DNA from: Escherichia phage MN05
DNA length: 64,000 nt
Sequence record: NC_070987.1
Reading direction: 5' to 3' (one strand)
Position numbers and translations under genes: made by a program. The notes under the pieces are model-generated. The model was not told the origin of the DNA. It was given only the letters and a program-made list of their open reading frames with translations, and did not search any database. Shown here piece after piece: positions 8,983 to 19,767 of this stretch. Position 1 is the first letter of the stretch; every line of letters begins with the position of its first letter.

Positions 8983-11181
8983 ATGTCTAGAGAATTAATG
9001 CCCAAATCTGGCATAATGATGCCTCACGTAGTTGTGACCAGAGATGCGGCTGTTGTTGGTGTTTCTACCGTAGACGGACAGGCAGGGGCTATTGACCTCA
9101 CTGGAAAGTATCTACAGAAAACCGACGCAGCTGCTACCTATCAAACTAAAACAGAGGGTGCATCTAAAGATTTTGTGCTGGATTCAATTCAACCTATTAT
9201 GTCTGGTGCTTTGTTCCGAGCAGACCCTTGGGTTGTGAATGATACACCTTTCCGTTCTACTGGAGCTAATGGTGTAGAGTCAGTTGATATGATGAAAGTT
9301 ACTACTGACAACTCAATCAAGATTGGCAGTTATGCTTCCTCAGTTCAGGGTGTAGAGATTCACTCTGCTGGTCGTCTTCAAGTAGTAGACCAGAACGACT
9401 CCGGAGTAGAAACTAAATACCCTGTGTATTCTAAACGATATCGTCCTGAGATTGAGGATTTGCCTTTTGCTGCAATTGGTTCTTATGTCAAAGATTCTAA
9501 GGGTCGTACTATTGGTGTAAACCGTACCGGTATCAACTCCGATATCAAACAACTCACCCAGAAAGTAACCTTTACCCAACCTGTTACTGTACCAGATGGT
9601 GTTGGGGACTACGATGCTGTGACAGTGAGACAACTCCGAAATAGTGGCGGCAGTGGTGGCGGTGCCTCCATGAGTGGGGTGATGAATAACTTTATCGGTG
9701 CGGTGGAGTGGTGGCAGGGATCAAGAGTCAAGTTGCCGGCTGGGTATGTCGCTGCTGATGGTCAACTATTGACTCGTACCGATTACCCTGACTTGTGGGC
9801 TGCTGTAGATGCTGGGTTGTTGATGTCTATTGACGAGACGGGCTGGCTGAACACTGTCGGGGTTAAGTTCCTCCACAGGGCTAAATACTCGACCGGGGAT
9901 GGGTCGACGAACTTCCGCGTTCCTGATTTGAACGGGGTTCAGACCGATTCTCTGAGTCGGATCTTCTTGTCAGGCTCAAGTGGAAAGTCGACGGATTGGT
10001 CTGTTGATGGGGTTGCGGGGGTCGTTGCCCCCCAATCTGCACCGAATATCACCGGGAATTTTTATACTCACGGTTCGAATGCGGATGCGATAGATGCCAA
10101 TGGGGCCTTTAAGCTGGGCTCGATGGATACAGGTAGCTCATTCACCGCCGGAGGCACGGAGAGGGGCGACCAGATATCATTTAGTGCAAAATCCTCCAAT
10201 GACACCTACGGCAAGCTGGGTAACTCTCTCGCTCCGAACCACGCAGGTGGCATTTGGATCATCCGAGCCTCTGGTGGATTTACTGCTGCTAACACGTCTT
10301 GGTCTGTTATTAACAGTGACGCCTCAGAACCTCCTAGCGGTACTCCTATTACTGGTGGATTGGTTTCTTCTAAATATGTAGTTGGAGGTGTTGATAAATA
10401 TCGGTCTTCTATCCAATTGCAAGGGTCTAATGAAGTTGATTTATCAACTAGAATTACCACGATAAACGATAGATATTCCATCGGGGCTGCAACTTGGGAT
10501 TTTAAATTAGATGGTAAACTTCTTTTCAACAAAAGCCTGACTCCTAATGGAACAGGATACTCTCCGGGTAATACCTATCTAACTTTAGCTAACACTTGGA
10601 TGTCCTCTGGATATTCAGGGTACATAGGTTTTATAGGTGGTGGGGTTGGGGTTTCTAATGGTGGTTGGAGAAACTTTATTTCCTTAGGCTCTCTAATCTT
10701 CCCAGACTCCAGTCACCCAACTGCTATTATTTCTCAGGTTTACGACTATGACCTTCCTACAGGAAACCAGCCTAATGGAGATATTGTCAGAAACACCTCT
10801 TTCAATGCGGAGAGCTATGATATCACTTTTGGAAACAACAGTGGGACTACCAATTACATCTTCAGTAAGTCTCCAGTCTCTGACGAACGGCTAAAACATA
10901 GCATTAAGGAAGAAGGGACAGCCACAGCTCTTTCTAACTTAAACAAGATGGAGTATAAAACCTTTATCTATAATTATGATGAGAAAGCAACTGTAAGGCG
11001 TGGGTTTATTGCCCAACAACTTGAAGCTATTGACCCTCAATATGTTAGGAAGTATAAAACCTTCAAAGGTACTGATACCCTAGCTTTAGATGAGAATGTG
11101 TTGCTTTTAGATGCAATTGCTGCTATTCAAGAGCTTACCAAAAAGGTTGAGGTTTTAGAAGCAAAATTGTCAGAGAAGTAA
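8983..11181 (+). CDS. tail fiber/spike protein with C-terminal intramolecular chaperone (S74-type) domain
   Basis: 732 aa; C-terminal SDERLKHSIKEE...GFIAQQLEAIDPQYV matches the autoproteolytic chaperone signature of phage fibers/spikes; Gly-rich central region. Confidence 0.6.
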   Translation: MSRELMPKSGIMMPHVVVTRDAAVVGVSTVDGQAGAIDLTGKYLQKTDAAATYQTKTEGASKDFVLDSIQPIMSGALFRADPWVVNDTPFRSTGANGVESVDMMKVTTDNSIKIGSYASSVQGVEIHSAGRLQVVDQNDSGVETKYPVYSKRYRPEIEDLPFAAIGSYVKDSKGRTIGVNRTGINSDIKQLTQKVTFTQPVTVPDGVGDYDAVTVRQLRNSGGSGGGASMSGVMNNFIGAVEWWQGSRVKLPAGYVAADGQLLTRTDYPDLWAAVDAGLLMSIDETGWLNTVGVKFLHRAKYSTGDGSTNFRVPDLNGVQTDSLSRIFLSGSSGKSTDWSVDGVAGVVAPQSAPNITGNFYTHGSNADAIDANGAFKLGSMDTGSSFTAGGTERGDQISFSAKSSNDTYGKLGNSLAPNHAGGIWIIRASGGFTAANTSWSVINSDASEPPSGTPITGGLVSSKYVVGGVDKYRSSIQLQGSNEVDLSTRITTINDRYSIGAATWDFKLDGKLLFNKSLTPNGTGYSPGNTYLTLANTWMSSGYSGYIGFIGGGVGVSNGGWRNFISLGSLIFPDSSHPTAIISQVYDYDLPTGNQPNGDIVRNTSFNAESYDITFGNNSGTTNYIFSKSPVSDERLKHSIKEEGTATALSNLNKMEYKTFIYNYDEKATVRRGFIAQQLEAIDPQYVRKYKTFKGTDTLALDENVLLLDAIAAIQELTKKVEVLEAKLSEK

Positions 11182-11186
11182 TATAA

Positions 11187-11206
11187 GCCCCTTCGGGGGC
11201 TTTAGT
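11187..11206 (+). terminator. rho-independent terminator
   Basis: GCCCC-ttcg-GGGGC hairpin followed by TTT. Confidence 0.55.
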
Positions 11207-11273
11207 AGTAAGTACCCTTAGTAAGTAATGAAACTAATATATCCCAAGAGGTTAATATATAGGAGACACTCAA

Positions 11274-11492
11274 ATGAAAATGATGAAACAAGCTGCATAC
11301 GGTTTAATATGTTTAGGCGCGGGTGTTGTGGTGTCAACCGCAGTTCCTGTAGGCGCAGTCCATCCATTAGTAACTGTCCCTGCTCCAGTAGAGAAACTTA
11401 GCTCTCAATGTAAGCAGAGAACAATTCAAAATAACTTAGTTGTTATTTGCCCTGATGCTGAATCTAACGCTCTGAGAAAGATACTACCTTAA
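11274..11492 (+). CDS. small membrane/secreted protein (holin candidate, speculative)
   Basis: 72 aa; N-terminal hydrophobic segment AAYGLICLGAGVVVSTAVPVGAV; 28 nt upstream of lysozyme gene. Confidence 0.25.
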   Translation: MKMMKQAAYGLICLGAGVVVSTAVPVGAVHPLVTVPAPVEKLSSQCKQRTIQNNLVVICPDAESNALRKILP

Positions 11493-11520
11493 TTTAAAGG
11501 GACTACAAAGGAGGTTAGAA

Positions 11521-12012
11521 ATGGATAACGTCGCATTGCCACCTGTACAACTAAACCTAAGCCCAGCTGGAATGGAATTCATCATGAAGCATGAGGGTAT
11601 GAGAACCAAGGCTTATAAAGATTCCGCAGGTATCTGGACGATATGTGTAGGGGCTACGCGCGATATGAATGGTTATCCGGTTAGACAAGGATTAACGTAT
11701 TCTATAGAGGATTGTCTAGCTCTGCTAGATAGAGACACACAAGACTCTGTTCGTGCTACTCAGAAGAACATAAAGGTTCCTTTACTAGTTCATGAGTTTG
11801 ATGCACTCACTTCTTTCAACTTCAATGTTGGCAGTGGGGCTTTGAGCACATCTAAGTTAAGGAAGGTAATCAATGGAGATGTTAAGGGGGATGTTTATTC
11901 CGAATTTCTTCGTTGGGATAAAATAACGGTCAAGGGAGAGAAGCAGAGAAGTCAGGGTCTTCATAATAGAAGAGTTGCAGAAGCTAATCTTTACACCGAA
12001 GGTAAATATTAA
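11521..12012 (+). CDS. lysozyme (GH24 muramidase, T4 E-like)
   Basis: 163 aa; FIMKHEGMRTKAYKDSAGIWTICVGAT resembles the catalytic region of T4-type lysozymes (E...Y.D..G.WTIG.G). Confidence 0.6.
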   Translation: MDNVALPPVQLNLSPAGMEFIMKHEGMRTKAYKDSAGIWTICVGATRDMNGYPVRQGLTYSIEDCLALLDRDTQDSVRATQKNIKVPLLVHEFDALTSFNFNVGSGALSTSKLRKVINGDVKGDVYSEFLRWDKITVKGEKQRSQGLHNRRVAEANLYTEGKY

Positions 12013-12024
12013 TGGAGGTGCCTT

Positions 12025-12828
12025 TTGGCTATCGAAACTAATGCGGTAGTTATTACCGACTTAAACCCACTCTATCCTAGAGACAGGGATTACATCTACG
12101 AAGGGGCGGCTCAAATCCGCCTCATTAAACAAACACTACAGAACACATTCCCCAATGTTACAGAACCAGTTGATATTGATTCTGACACCTTTAAGATTAT
12201 GTCAGAGAAGCTCAAGTTTACTGGTGATGCAATGGATGTTGGTGGTCTAATGATTAAGAACGTCACTCCGGGGACTGGTGACAAAGATGTTGTTACTAAA
12301 GGCCAGATGGAAGCATTCATGAAAAACTGGATGGAGAATAAAGTATTCCGTATCGGCGCTTACTATATCACTGAAGAAGATATTAATCCCGGTGATTCAA
12401 TCTCCTTAGGGTTTGGTTCTTGGGCTAAAGTGACTGGTGTCATTATGGGTACTGGTGTAGTAAACCCTGATGGAACTGTTCCTAATGCTCAGAGGGTTGA
12501 GTTCCAAGCAGGTGGTACTGGTGGTCGTGTTTTCAATACCATTCGAACAGAGAACGTACCTTTGATGACAGTTAATGGCTCCAGCTTCTCTCTATCCAGT
12601 AACACTCACAGTCACAATATGGTATTTGGTCGTGGAGATGCTAGTGGTCATAACAGCTCGCCAAACTGGTATAGTCCGGGTGGTGGTTACAGCCAGAGAA
12701 CTGATAATGACACACATACTCATACAATCTCTGGTAGTGTAAGTCTTGGTCGTGATGATATCTCTCGTCAACCTATTAACACTTTGCCACCATTCAGATC
12801 AGCTCACATTTGGAGACGTATTAGCTAA
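12025..12828 (+). CDS. virion structural protein, hypothetical
   Basis: 267 aa ORF in tail gene cluster; Gly-rich. Confidence 0.3.
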   Translation: MAIETNAVVITDLNPLYPRDRDYIYEGAAQIRLIKQTLQNTFPNVTEPVDIDSDTFKIMSEKLKFTGDAMDVGGLMIKNVTPGTGDKDVVTKGQMEAFMKNWMENKVFRIGAYYITEEDINPGDSISLGFGSWAKVTGVIMGTGVVNPDGTVPNAQRVEFQAGGTGGRVFNTIRTENVPLMTVNGSSFSLSSNTHSHNMVFGRGDASGHNSSPNWYSPGGGYSQRTDNDTHTHTISGSVSLGRDDISRQPINTLPPFRSAHIWRRIS

Positions 12829-12837
12829 GGAGGAATT

Positions 12838-15800
12838 ATGGCGCTGTATCCAATAAAGTCACTAGGTGCTGTAGGCGTTATCGCTGATCAGGCTCCGACA
12901 GACTTAGCTCCTAATGCTTTCACTAATGCTATAAATGCTCGATTTGTTGAGCAGAGAGTATTTAAGACGGGGGGCAATGCCCCTCTTTCTTATGTAGATG
13001 AAGATAAGGATTTAACCCCTCTGTCTTTCGTTTCTATGCCTTTCGATTATTATAGCGCAGGTAATAGCTTTCTTGTTGTAGGTACGGATAAGAAGTTATA
13101 TAAACTGACAGATGAAAGCTTGACTGATATTAGCCGTAAGGTTGCTACAGTCACTAAGAAGGCTTCTGCCTCAATTAAGATTTATCCAGTTGTTTCTCAG
13201 ATCGTTCCTAAAGAATCAACTATCTCAATGAACTTCAATCAGACCAAGAATCTAGAGGTTTCTCTTCTCCCTGCTGATGCTAACAATACTGATCTTATTT
13301 GGGAGGTTAGTAACTCATCCTATGGAAGTATTACGGTAGACCCTAGTGACTCTAAACTTGCTACTCTAACATCTTTTGAGAAAGAAGGCAATCTTGTAGT
13401 AACTATCTCTACTGCCAACGAATCTGTAGTGGCTCAGATTGCTGTTAATATCATCGACGGTGATTCAGGCATCTTCTTGAGTCAAGACACTGTTACAATT
13501 CGTAAAGGAGGGACTACTACTCTCACGGCTGTTACTGGCAAAACTCCTGTAACTTGGTCCAGCAATAATGCTTCTATTGTAGCCGTAACCCCTAACGCCA
13601 ATTCTTTAACTGCTGTCATTACAGCGAACGGAGAAGGTAATGTAACAATCACTGCTGATAACGGGACTAAGACTGCTTCTTGTGAGGTTGTTTCCATCCC
13701 TCAGATTGATAGTATCTCTTTGAGCCAGTCAGATGTTATTGTGAGCAGAGGTTCTCAGTATATCTTAACTGCTACCCTTTCTCCTGCTAACGCCCCTAAT
13801 CAAAATATTACTTGGACCTCTTCTAATCCAAATATTGCAACAGTATCAGGGAATAGCACACAAGGGACGATCAACGCTTTACTTGCTGGCTTTACTGAGA
13901 TTACAGCTACCACTGAAGAAGGCAACAGGGTTGCTGTCTGTACTGTAAGAGTAGACTTAGCTGGAAGGGCTATGAGAACAAGTGCTATGGCATTTGCTGC
14001 ACCTGCATCAGAACCAATTGAATCACAAGAGGAAGAAGTAGTAACTCCTCCTGAAAGTGAAGAGACGGTTTATTTTGCTGAGCCTACGTCTGGTATTGAT
14101 ACGTCAGGGATGTACGAAGGTAACAACTTCTATGATTATTCTAACGTAAACGATATTGAAGGTTTTGCAAGAGCTTCTTTGTTCGCAACCCCTTTATCAT
14201 CCGTAACCTTAGATGTTGTCAGCGCTTCTCTCGATGTTGGTGAGGAAATAGTTATTACAGCTACAGCTTCTCCAGAAGGTGATTATTCTTATCAGTGGTC
14301 TGTTGATAAGACTGGCTATGTTTCTACAACTTCAGTTACTGGTAAATCTATCAAACTGGTTGCTCTTCGTAAAGGAGAGATTAATGTAACATGTACTGTC
14401 AGCCAAATGACTCAGAAGGATTACGATGCTTTTGATGACTACCCTTGGTATCACGCTATTATTTCTAACTGTGCAGTTGCTACAACTCACTATGAAACTC
14501 CTCAGGTAAAAGAATTCGAATCAGAATACTTTGTAGATCTTCCGGGATGGGGTGAGCAAACAGTTGTCGATAATGACGGGAACCCTTCAGTCAAGAAGTT
14601 TAACTGGAAATGTGAAAGAGTGAGATCTTTTAACAACCGTCTTTTTGCTCTGAACATGAGAGAGGCTAACGCTTCTGGTGTTACCACTAACTACCCGCTT
14701 CGTCTTCGTTGGTCTAACTTTGCCAATGAGAACAAGGCTCCTACACTGTGGGATGACTTTGCCTATGATAGAGTTGTGTCTTCGGACTTGGCTTCTAACA
14801 TCGTAGGACAGACTCAGGCTTTAGAAAATGGATATGCGGGTTACATTGACCTAGCGGATTCTAATGGCAGCCTGATTGATATCCTACCTCTTAAAGATTA
14901 CTTGTTCGTTTACACAGAGTTTGAAACGTATATTGGTTCTCCGACTAATAACACATACCAACCTCTGATGTTCAAGAAACTCTTTAATGACTCTGGTATC
15001 CTTGCTCCTGAGTGTGTGGTTGAAGTAGAAGGTAGCCACTTCGTAGTTACTCAGAACGATGTAATCTTACATAATGGTGCAACCAAGAAGTCAATTGCAT
15101 CTAACCGTGTTAAGAACATGCTGATTAATGAGGTGTGTCTGGTCAACCCTCTAGCTACTCGAGTTCACTTACATCAGGATAAGAAAGAAGTTTGGGTTCT
15201 CTATGTAGGTCCGGGAGAGCCGAAAGAAAGCTTCGCTTGTACTAAAGCTGCTGTATGGAACTACGAGTTTGATACTTGGTCCTTCCGTACTATTCCTTAT
15301 GCTCAGTGTATCGGTCTGGTTGATCCTCCTGTTTTAGAGAGAGGTCCAATCTGGTCTGACTTCCAAGAGATCACTTGGGATGACCAATCCATCAAAGAGC
15401 TTGTTTGGAGAAAGGATGCAACAAACTTTAGACAGAGGGTTACGATAGTAGGTTCGTTCTTGAGGGGATTCTACCAAGTGGATGTAGGTGCTCTTGATTA
15501 TTTCTATGACAGGTTAAATGATGTTGTTATAGAGAAGCCTCTGGAGATGAGGTTGGAGAGAACTGGTCTAGATTTTGATAATGTGACGAATGAGTGGAAT
15601 CAGAAGCATATTAACAGATTCCGTCCTCAGACAACCGGCTCAGGCACTTATACCTTTGAAGCTGGAGGTAGTCAATTCTCAAATGAATATGGACACCCAC
15701 ACACATCTAAGACTTATACAATCGGTGTTGACAGGCATGTCTCGGTGAGACTGAACCATCCATACCTTTTCTATAATGTTATAGATAATGATGTTAACAG

Positions 15801-15855
15801 TAATGCTGCTATCAATGGACTAACGATAGAGTTTGCTGTTGGCGGACGGAGATAA
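12838..15855 (+). CDS. large tail/structural protein with tandem bacterial Ig-like (Big_2-type) domains
   Basis: 1005 aa; N-terminal half has 3-4 repeats of the pattern V.V.P......G.T..LTA......V.W.SSN..IA.V...G.VTA...G...ITA. Confidence 0.5.
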   Translation: MALYPIKSLGAVGVIADQAPTDLAPNAFTNAINARFVEQRVFKTGGNAPLSYVDEDKDLTPLSFVSMPFDYYSAGNSFLVVGTDKKLYKLTDESLTDISRKVATVTKKASASIKIYPVVSQIVPKESTISMNFNQTKNLEVSLLPADANNTDLIWEVSNSSYGSITVDPSDSKLATLTSFEKEGNLVVTISTANESVVAQIAVNIIDGDSGIFLSQDTVTIRKGGTTTLTAVTGKTPVTWSSNNASIVAVTPNANSLTAVITANGEGNVTITADNGTKTASCEVVSIPQIDSISLSQSDVIVSRGSQYILTATLSPANAPNQNITWTSSNPNIATVSGNSTQGTINALLAGFTEITATTEEGNRVAVCTVRVDLAGRAMRTSAMAFAAPASEPIESQEEEVVTPPESEETVYFAEPTSGIDTSGMYEGNNFYDYSNVNDIEGFARASLFATPLSSVTLDVVSASLDVGEEIVITATASPEGDYSYQWSVDKTGYVSTTSVTGKSIKLVALRKGEINVTCTVSQMTQKDYDAFDDYPWYHAIISNCAVATTHYETPQVKEFESEYFVDLPGWGEQTVVDNDGNPSVKKFNWKCERVRSFNNRLFALNMREANASGVTTNYPLRLRWSNFANENKAPTLWDDFAYDRVVSSDLASNIVGQTQALENGYAGYIDLADSNGSLIDILPLKDYLFVYTEFETYIGSPTNNTYQPLMFKKLFNDSGILAPECVVEVEGSHFVVTQNDVILHNGATKKSIASNRVKNMLINEVCLVNPLATRVHLHQDKKEVWVLYVGPGEPKESFACTKAAVWNYEFDTWSFRTIPYAQCIGLVDPPVLERGPIWSDFQEITWDDQSIKELVWRKDATNFRQRVTIVGSFLRGFYQVDVGALDYFYDRLNDVVIEKPLEMRLERTGLDFDNVTNEWNQKHINRFRPQTTGSGTYTFEAGGSQFSNEYGHPHTSKTYTIGVDRHVSVRLNHPYLFYNVIDNDVNSNAAINGLTIEFAVGGRR

Positions 15856-15861
15856 CAACAA

Positions 15862-15885
15862 GGGGCTTCGTGCCCCTTTTATTGT
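15862..15885 (+). terminator. rho-independent terminator
   Basis: GGGGC-ttcgt-GCCCC hairpin followed by TTTTATTGTTTT; sits inside the 5' end of listed ORF 15833..16867, arguing for a later start. Confidence 0.6.
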
Positions 15886-15898
15886 TTTGGAGGAACTT

Positions 15899-16867
15899 AT
15901 GGGTGCAGGTGGTTTTCGTAAGAATACTGGTCGTAATAACACCACACTCCCGTACAACGTTGGGTTTCTCAATAATGTACAGGACACAGAAACATATAAC
16001 GTAGCCGTATATGACGAGCTACAGAAAGTCAGTACAGCTACTAACCAAATGTTCCAAGCTATTGATGAGATTCATGATGAGATTGATGTTCGTATCAAAG
16101 CTCTTCATGCGATGAATCTACAATTTGATGAGCTTGAGAACAGAATTACCACAGAGATTGAAACAGCTATCGCAGATATTATAACACAGATGGGGAATCT
16201 CTCCACTGAGGATATTTGGGATAACTCTGTTCAACCTCCGGTAAAACTAGAAAGCACTGTATCTGGCTTTAAAACAAGTATTGAAGGTAACACAACTAAG
16301 ATTCAAACGGTAGAAGGGATTGTTAACGACCAAGGTCAAGAGATTGCTTTAGTTCAGACAGAGATTCAAAATATCAATGGAAGCCTCTCTCAGTATATGA
16401 AGCTTTCTGAGTATGAAGCTACGTGGGGTGTTAACTCTACGGTCAACGGAAGATATGCTGGGGTCAAGTTAACTAATAACGGAACAAACAGTCAATTCCA
16501 AGTAACAGCTAACAAGTTTATTGTTGGTGATGGCAGCTCTGGTAATACCCCTTTTGTATTTGAAGGCGGAAGAGCTAGGATGGAATTCGCTGACATAAAG
16601 AACGTCAACATCACAACGGCTCAGATTGCCAACGCTAGGATCCAATGGGCACAGATTGATAACGTATCTATCTCCAATGCTCAGATTCAGAACTTATCAG
16701 CGGATAAAATCACTGCTGGTTCTATGTGGGGTTCTAACTGGAGACTTACTGTTGGTGGTGATTTTGTTATGGGTGGTACAGGTGGTTCTCAGTTGTGGAT
16801 GAATGGTAATAGAATAGATTTTTATGATGGGAGTGGAACTCTTCGCATAAGAATAGGGAGTTGGTAA
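15899..16867 (+). CDS. tail protein, hypothetical (start revised to ATG after terminator)
   Basis: RBS GGAGGAAC precedes the ATG near 15899 (MGAGGFRKN...); C-terminal region has repeated N-I-x-x-A-Q-I motifs. Confidence 0.4.
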   Translation: MGAGGFRKNTGRNNTTLPYNVGFLNNVQDTETYNVAVYDELQKVSTATNQMFQAIDEIHDEIDVRIKALHAMNLQFDELENRITTEIETAIADIITQMGNLSTEDIWDNSVQPPVKLESTVSGFKTSIEGNTTKIQTVEGIVNDQGQEIALVQTEIQNINGSLSQYMKLSEYEATWGVNSTVNGRYAGVKLTNNGTNSQFQVTANKFIVGDGSSGNTPFVFEGGRARMEFADIKNVNITTAQIANARIQWAQIDNVSISNAQIQNLSADKITAGSMWGSNWRLTVGGDFVMGGTGGSQLWMNGNRIDFYDGSGTLRIRIGSW

Positions 16868-16868
16868 C

Positions 16869-17903
16869 ATGGCATATGGAATATGGACACGCCCGGTTGG
16901 TCCGGGTCCAGCGGCACCTGCTGATATTTATATTGATAGTGGTAGCACATTCCCTCAACTCAGAAATAGAGTCAGTGGGAATTTCTCTTTTAGTGGAAAT
17001 ACCTGTGACTTGCCTATAAGTGGTTGGGATGGTAGTGGTCAGATAGTTGTAGTCCCAACAGGGTCTGTTGTTTGGGAGAGATATATACCTCCTAATGTAA
17101 CGTCTGATGTGTATTGGCTAACGGATATATCTGTTATTAATAACTCAACCTTCAGGGTTACTATGGACTATAACGTAAACGGTTGGGTATTTGATATGGC
17201 TTTTAATGTATATCAAATATGGCCTAGAGCTAACAGGAACTATGGAATCACATTCTCCAACTCTGCTGACTATTTCTCAATCTCTGATTCTGGAGTTGTT
17301 GGTCAATGTATTTGGGCTTGGGAGGGTGACATAAACGGTGCTCTTCAAATACCAGATATTGGTGGTTTTGATATGAGCCGAGCAACTGTCTATGCGAATT
17401 GGAGTAACGGCGGAGCAGGTCTGCTATACAACCCATCCAATAGGGTTGTTTATGTGTACCAGAACAGATCTCATGATAATGGTAACACAAACCAAACAGG
17501 ATCAATTGGCGGTGTTAGAATTGCCGTCTTCTGTGATGGTTCTGGAGTACCAACTCATAATGGAGGTTTAAATATCTTCTCTCCAAATGGGTCTCAGTGT
17601 GTATTTTCTACATATAGAACCCCTTTTAGTGTTGAGAGATTTATGCCTATGAGTGGCGGTAACACATCTCTGGCCTATCCAATGATACCATTATCTTACG
17701 GAGCAGGAGCAATAAGGGGCAAGGCTAGTGGTTGGTATTTTCAACACGCAAGATCTCACATGATGAATGGCTCTTCTTTCGGTACAGGTTTCGGAAGGAT
17801 GATTTACTCTTGGAGTAGTCAATATGATTTAGGAGGGGGTGGTGCCCTCGGGTTAAGTATTCCAATATTAGATGCTAGGAAAATATTCAGGAGTATACAA
17901 TAA
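16869..17903 (+). CDS. virion structural protein, hypothetical
   Basis: 344 aa ORF, tightly coupled to upstream gene. Confidence 0.35.
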   Translation: MAYGIWTRPVGPGPAAPADIYIDSGSTFPQLRNRVSGNFSFSGNTCDLPISGWDGSGQIVVVPTGSVVWERYIPPNVTSDVYWLTDISVINNSTFRVTMDYNVNGWVFDMAFNVYQIWPRANRNYGITFSNSADYFSISDSGVVGQCIWAWEGDINGALQIPDIGGFDMSRATVYANWSNGGAGLLYNPSNRVVYVYQNRSHDNGNTNQTGSIGGVRIAVFCDGSGVPTHNGGLNIFSPNGSQCVFSTYRTPFSVERFMPMSGGNTSLAYPMIPLSYGAGAIRGKASGWYFQHARSHMMNGSSFGTGFGRMIYSWSSQYDLGGGGALGLSIPILDARKIFRSIQ

Positions 17904-17912
17904 GGAGATATT

Positions 17913-18695
17913 ATGGCAATTAGAATGGGTATCGAAGAACTAGACCCAATGGTGCAACGGGCTTCAAAGAAGTATGGAATACCAGCTGCTTTGATTCATG
18001 CTGTAATCCAAAGAGAATCTAGTGGTCGTCCTACAGTGGCCTCTGGAACTGGTCCTGTAGGTTTAATGCAGATCAGTAAAGGGTTGGCTAAAGATTACGG
18101 TTACAAACTAGAAGACAGACTTGACCCAGAAAAGAATATTGATATGGGTGCTCGTTACATAAGAGATAACTTAAAAGCTTTTAATGGTGATGTTAAGAAA
18201 GCAATGGTTGGTTATTCAGAAGGTATCGGTGGAGCTAAGCAAATGTTCGCTGGTAAAAAGGGATTTACTCCACAAGCTCTTGACTCCATGAACAATAAAC
18301 ACTTTCTTCCTTTCTATGGTGATGCAGCTTCTCAGATTGCTAATCCAATTGGAGCTTTGCAAGCTGTTCAACCAGTCAATCAGTTTAATCCTGACTTGTT
18401 AGACAGAGAGAAGGCTGCACAAGCTCCCACTCAGGCAGAGATTGCTGCTTCTAAGACAGGTGCTTTAGGTGGTAATCCGGTAGAGTTTTACTCTGATGAA
18501 GTGCAGGAAGGTGAAGACCAGAAGCCTCAACAGAACTTTGGTAATGCTGTATTAGGGGTAGCTGCTATGCTTGCTGGTAAACCTCCCACCTCTCAAACAG
18601 TTCAGAGGGCAAGTGCACCACATGCAGCAGGTTCTCAGTATAGTCCACAAACACAAGCAGTGCTCAGACGTTTGGCTAGCATTGGTGTAAAGTAA
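17913..18695 (+). CDS. internal virion protein with lytic transglycosylase (SLT) domain
   Basis: N-terminal AALIHAVIQRESSGRPTVASGTGPVGLMQISKGLAKDYGY resembles the SLT catalytic motif (E-S ... GLMQ ... Y). Confidence 0.6.
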   Translation: MAIRMGIEELDPMVQRASKKYGIPAALIHAVIQRESSGRPTVASGTGPVGLMQISKGLAKDYGYKLEDRLDPEKNIDMGARYIRDNLKAFNGDVKKAMVGYSEGIGGAKQMFAGKKGFTPQALDSMNNKHFLPFYGDAASQIANPIGALQAVQPVNQFNPDLLDREKAAQAPTQAEIAASKTGALGGNPVEFYSDEVQEGEDQKPQQNFGNAVLGVAAMLAGKPPTSQTVQRASAPHAAGSQYSPQTQAVLRRLASIGVK

Positions 18696-18714
18696 TAACC
18701 TTTAAGGAGGACTT

Positions 18715-19767
18715 ATGTCTTTATTTGGAAAATCAGCTTCTAGCAAAACCACAGTGGCCCCTTCCTCTCAGGTTGATGCCCTGCTGAAGCAGATTGTTGC
18801 TAATGCTCAGAATATGCAGAACAACGATCCGGGATTCATCTCCCAACAGCTGGCTGGGTTTAATGGCAACCAACAAGGTGCTCTTAATAACTTAGCAGCT
18901 TCTACTACTCAGAAGAAACTAGCTGATATGTACACACCTCGTACACAGCAAGGTTTAGACCAACTTAACTCTCTTGCTCAACAGTATCAGAATATTGTTA
19001 ATGGTGGTGGAGTGACGGCTGAAGGGGTTAATAACTTTAGTAAAGGTTTGAATAACTCAGCTCTTGCACAAGCTACTAGTAAAGCAGCTTCTAATGTTTC
19101 TCTTGGCAATGGCTCTGATTCAGGATCTCTCCGTAGAGCTGCGGCTCAAGGGGCTGCTTTGAATGGTGCTAACACTAACCTGTCTCGTACTATCAGTGGC
19201 AAGAATATGGGTGTAAGTGCTCTTCAACAAGATCAAAACTTCCAGAGAGGGTTGCTTGGTGCTCAATCTGGTCTAGCTGGACAGAACCTCAACCTAGGTG
19301 CTCAAGGTGTTCAGGCAACTCAACAGGCTATTCAGAATCAACTCATGGCTGGCAATCTTCAACAGCAACAAGCTCAAGCTCAGGCTGATACTAATTGGCA
19401 AAATGCTATTGGTTCTCAGCAGTATGGGTGGAATCAGCTTAACAACCAGCTTAATGTATTAAATAGTGTAAGTCCGATGGCTGGATACACGATTAAGAAT
19501 TCTGCTCCGGGAGTTAATGTTGGGCAGCAGCTCCTAGGTGCTGGTATCACTGGTTTAGGTATTGCGGGTCGTATGGGTGCTTTCTCTCCTGATCAACAAA
19601 CTCAGAATGCTTGGAGTTCCTATAACAATTCAGGTGGGCAATCTGGAATGGCTGGTCCTATGATTGGAGGTTCTAATCTTTCTCAACAGAAAGGTCAATC
19701 TAACTGGTTATCCACAACGGGTAATAATATCTTAGGCGGAGTCTTAGGGGCATTTGGAGCAAACTAA
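18715..19767 (+). CDS. Q/N/G-rich internal virion protein (paralog 1)
   Basis: 350 aa; N-terminus MSLFGKSASSKTT and QGALNNLAAS parallel the next gene. Confidence 0.4.
   Translation: MSLFGKSASSKTTVAPSSQVDALLKQIVANAQNMQNNDPGFISQQLAGFNGNQQGALNNLAASTTQKKLADMYTPRTQQGLDQLNSLAQQYQNIVNGGGVTAEGVNNFSKGLNNSALAQATSKAASNVSLGNGSDSGSLRRAAAQGAALNGANTNLSRTISGKNMGVSALQQDQNFQRGLLGAQSGLAGQNLNLGAQGVQATQQAIQNQLMAGNLQQQQAQAQADTNWQNAIGSQQYGWNQLNNQLNVLNSVSPMAGYTIKNSAPGVNVGQQLLGAGITGLGIAGRMGAFSPDQQTQNAWSSYNNSGGQSGMAGPMIGGSNLSQQKGQSNWLSTTGNNILGGVLGAFGAN

Noticed and set aside
15833-15898. Listed start of ORF 15833..16867
   Set aside because: The first 22 codons span a terminator hairpin and U-tract; an ATG with a GGAGG RBS follows at about 15899, so the earlier start is rejected.
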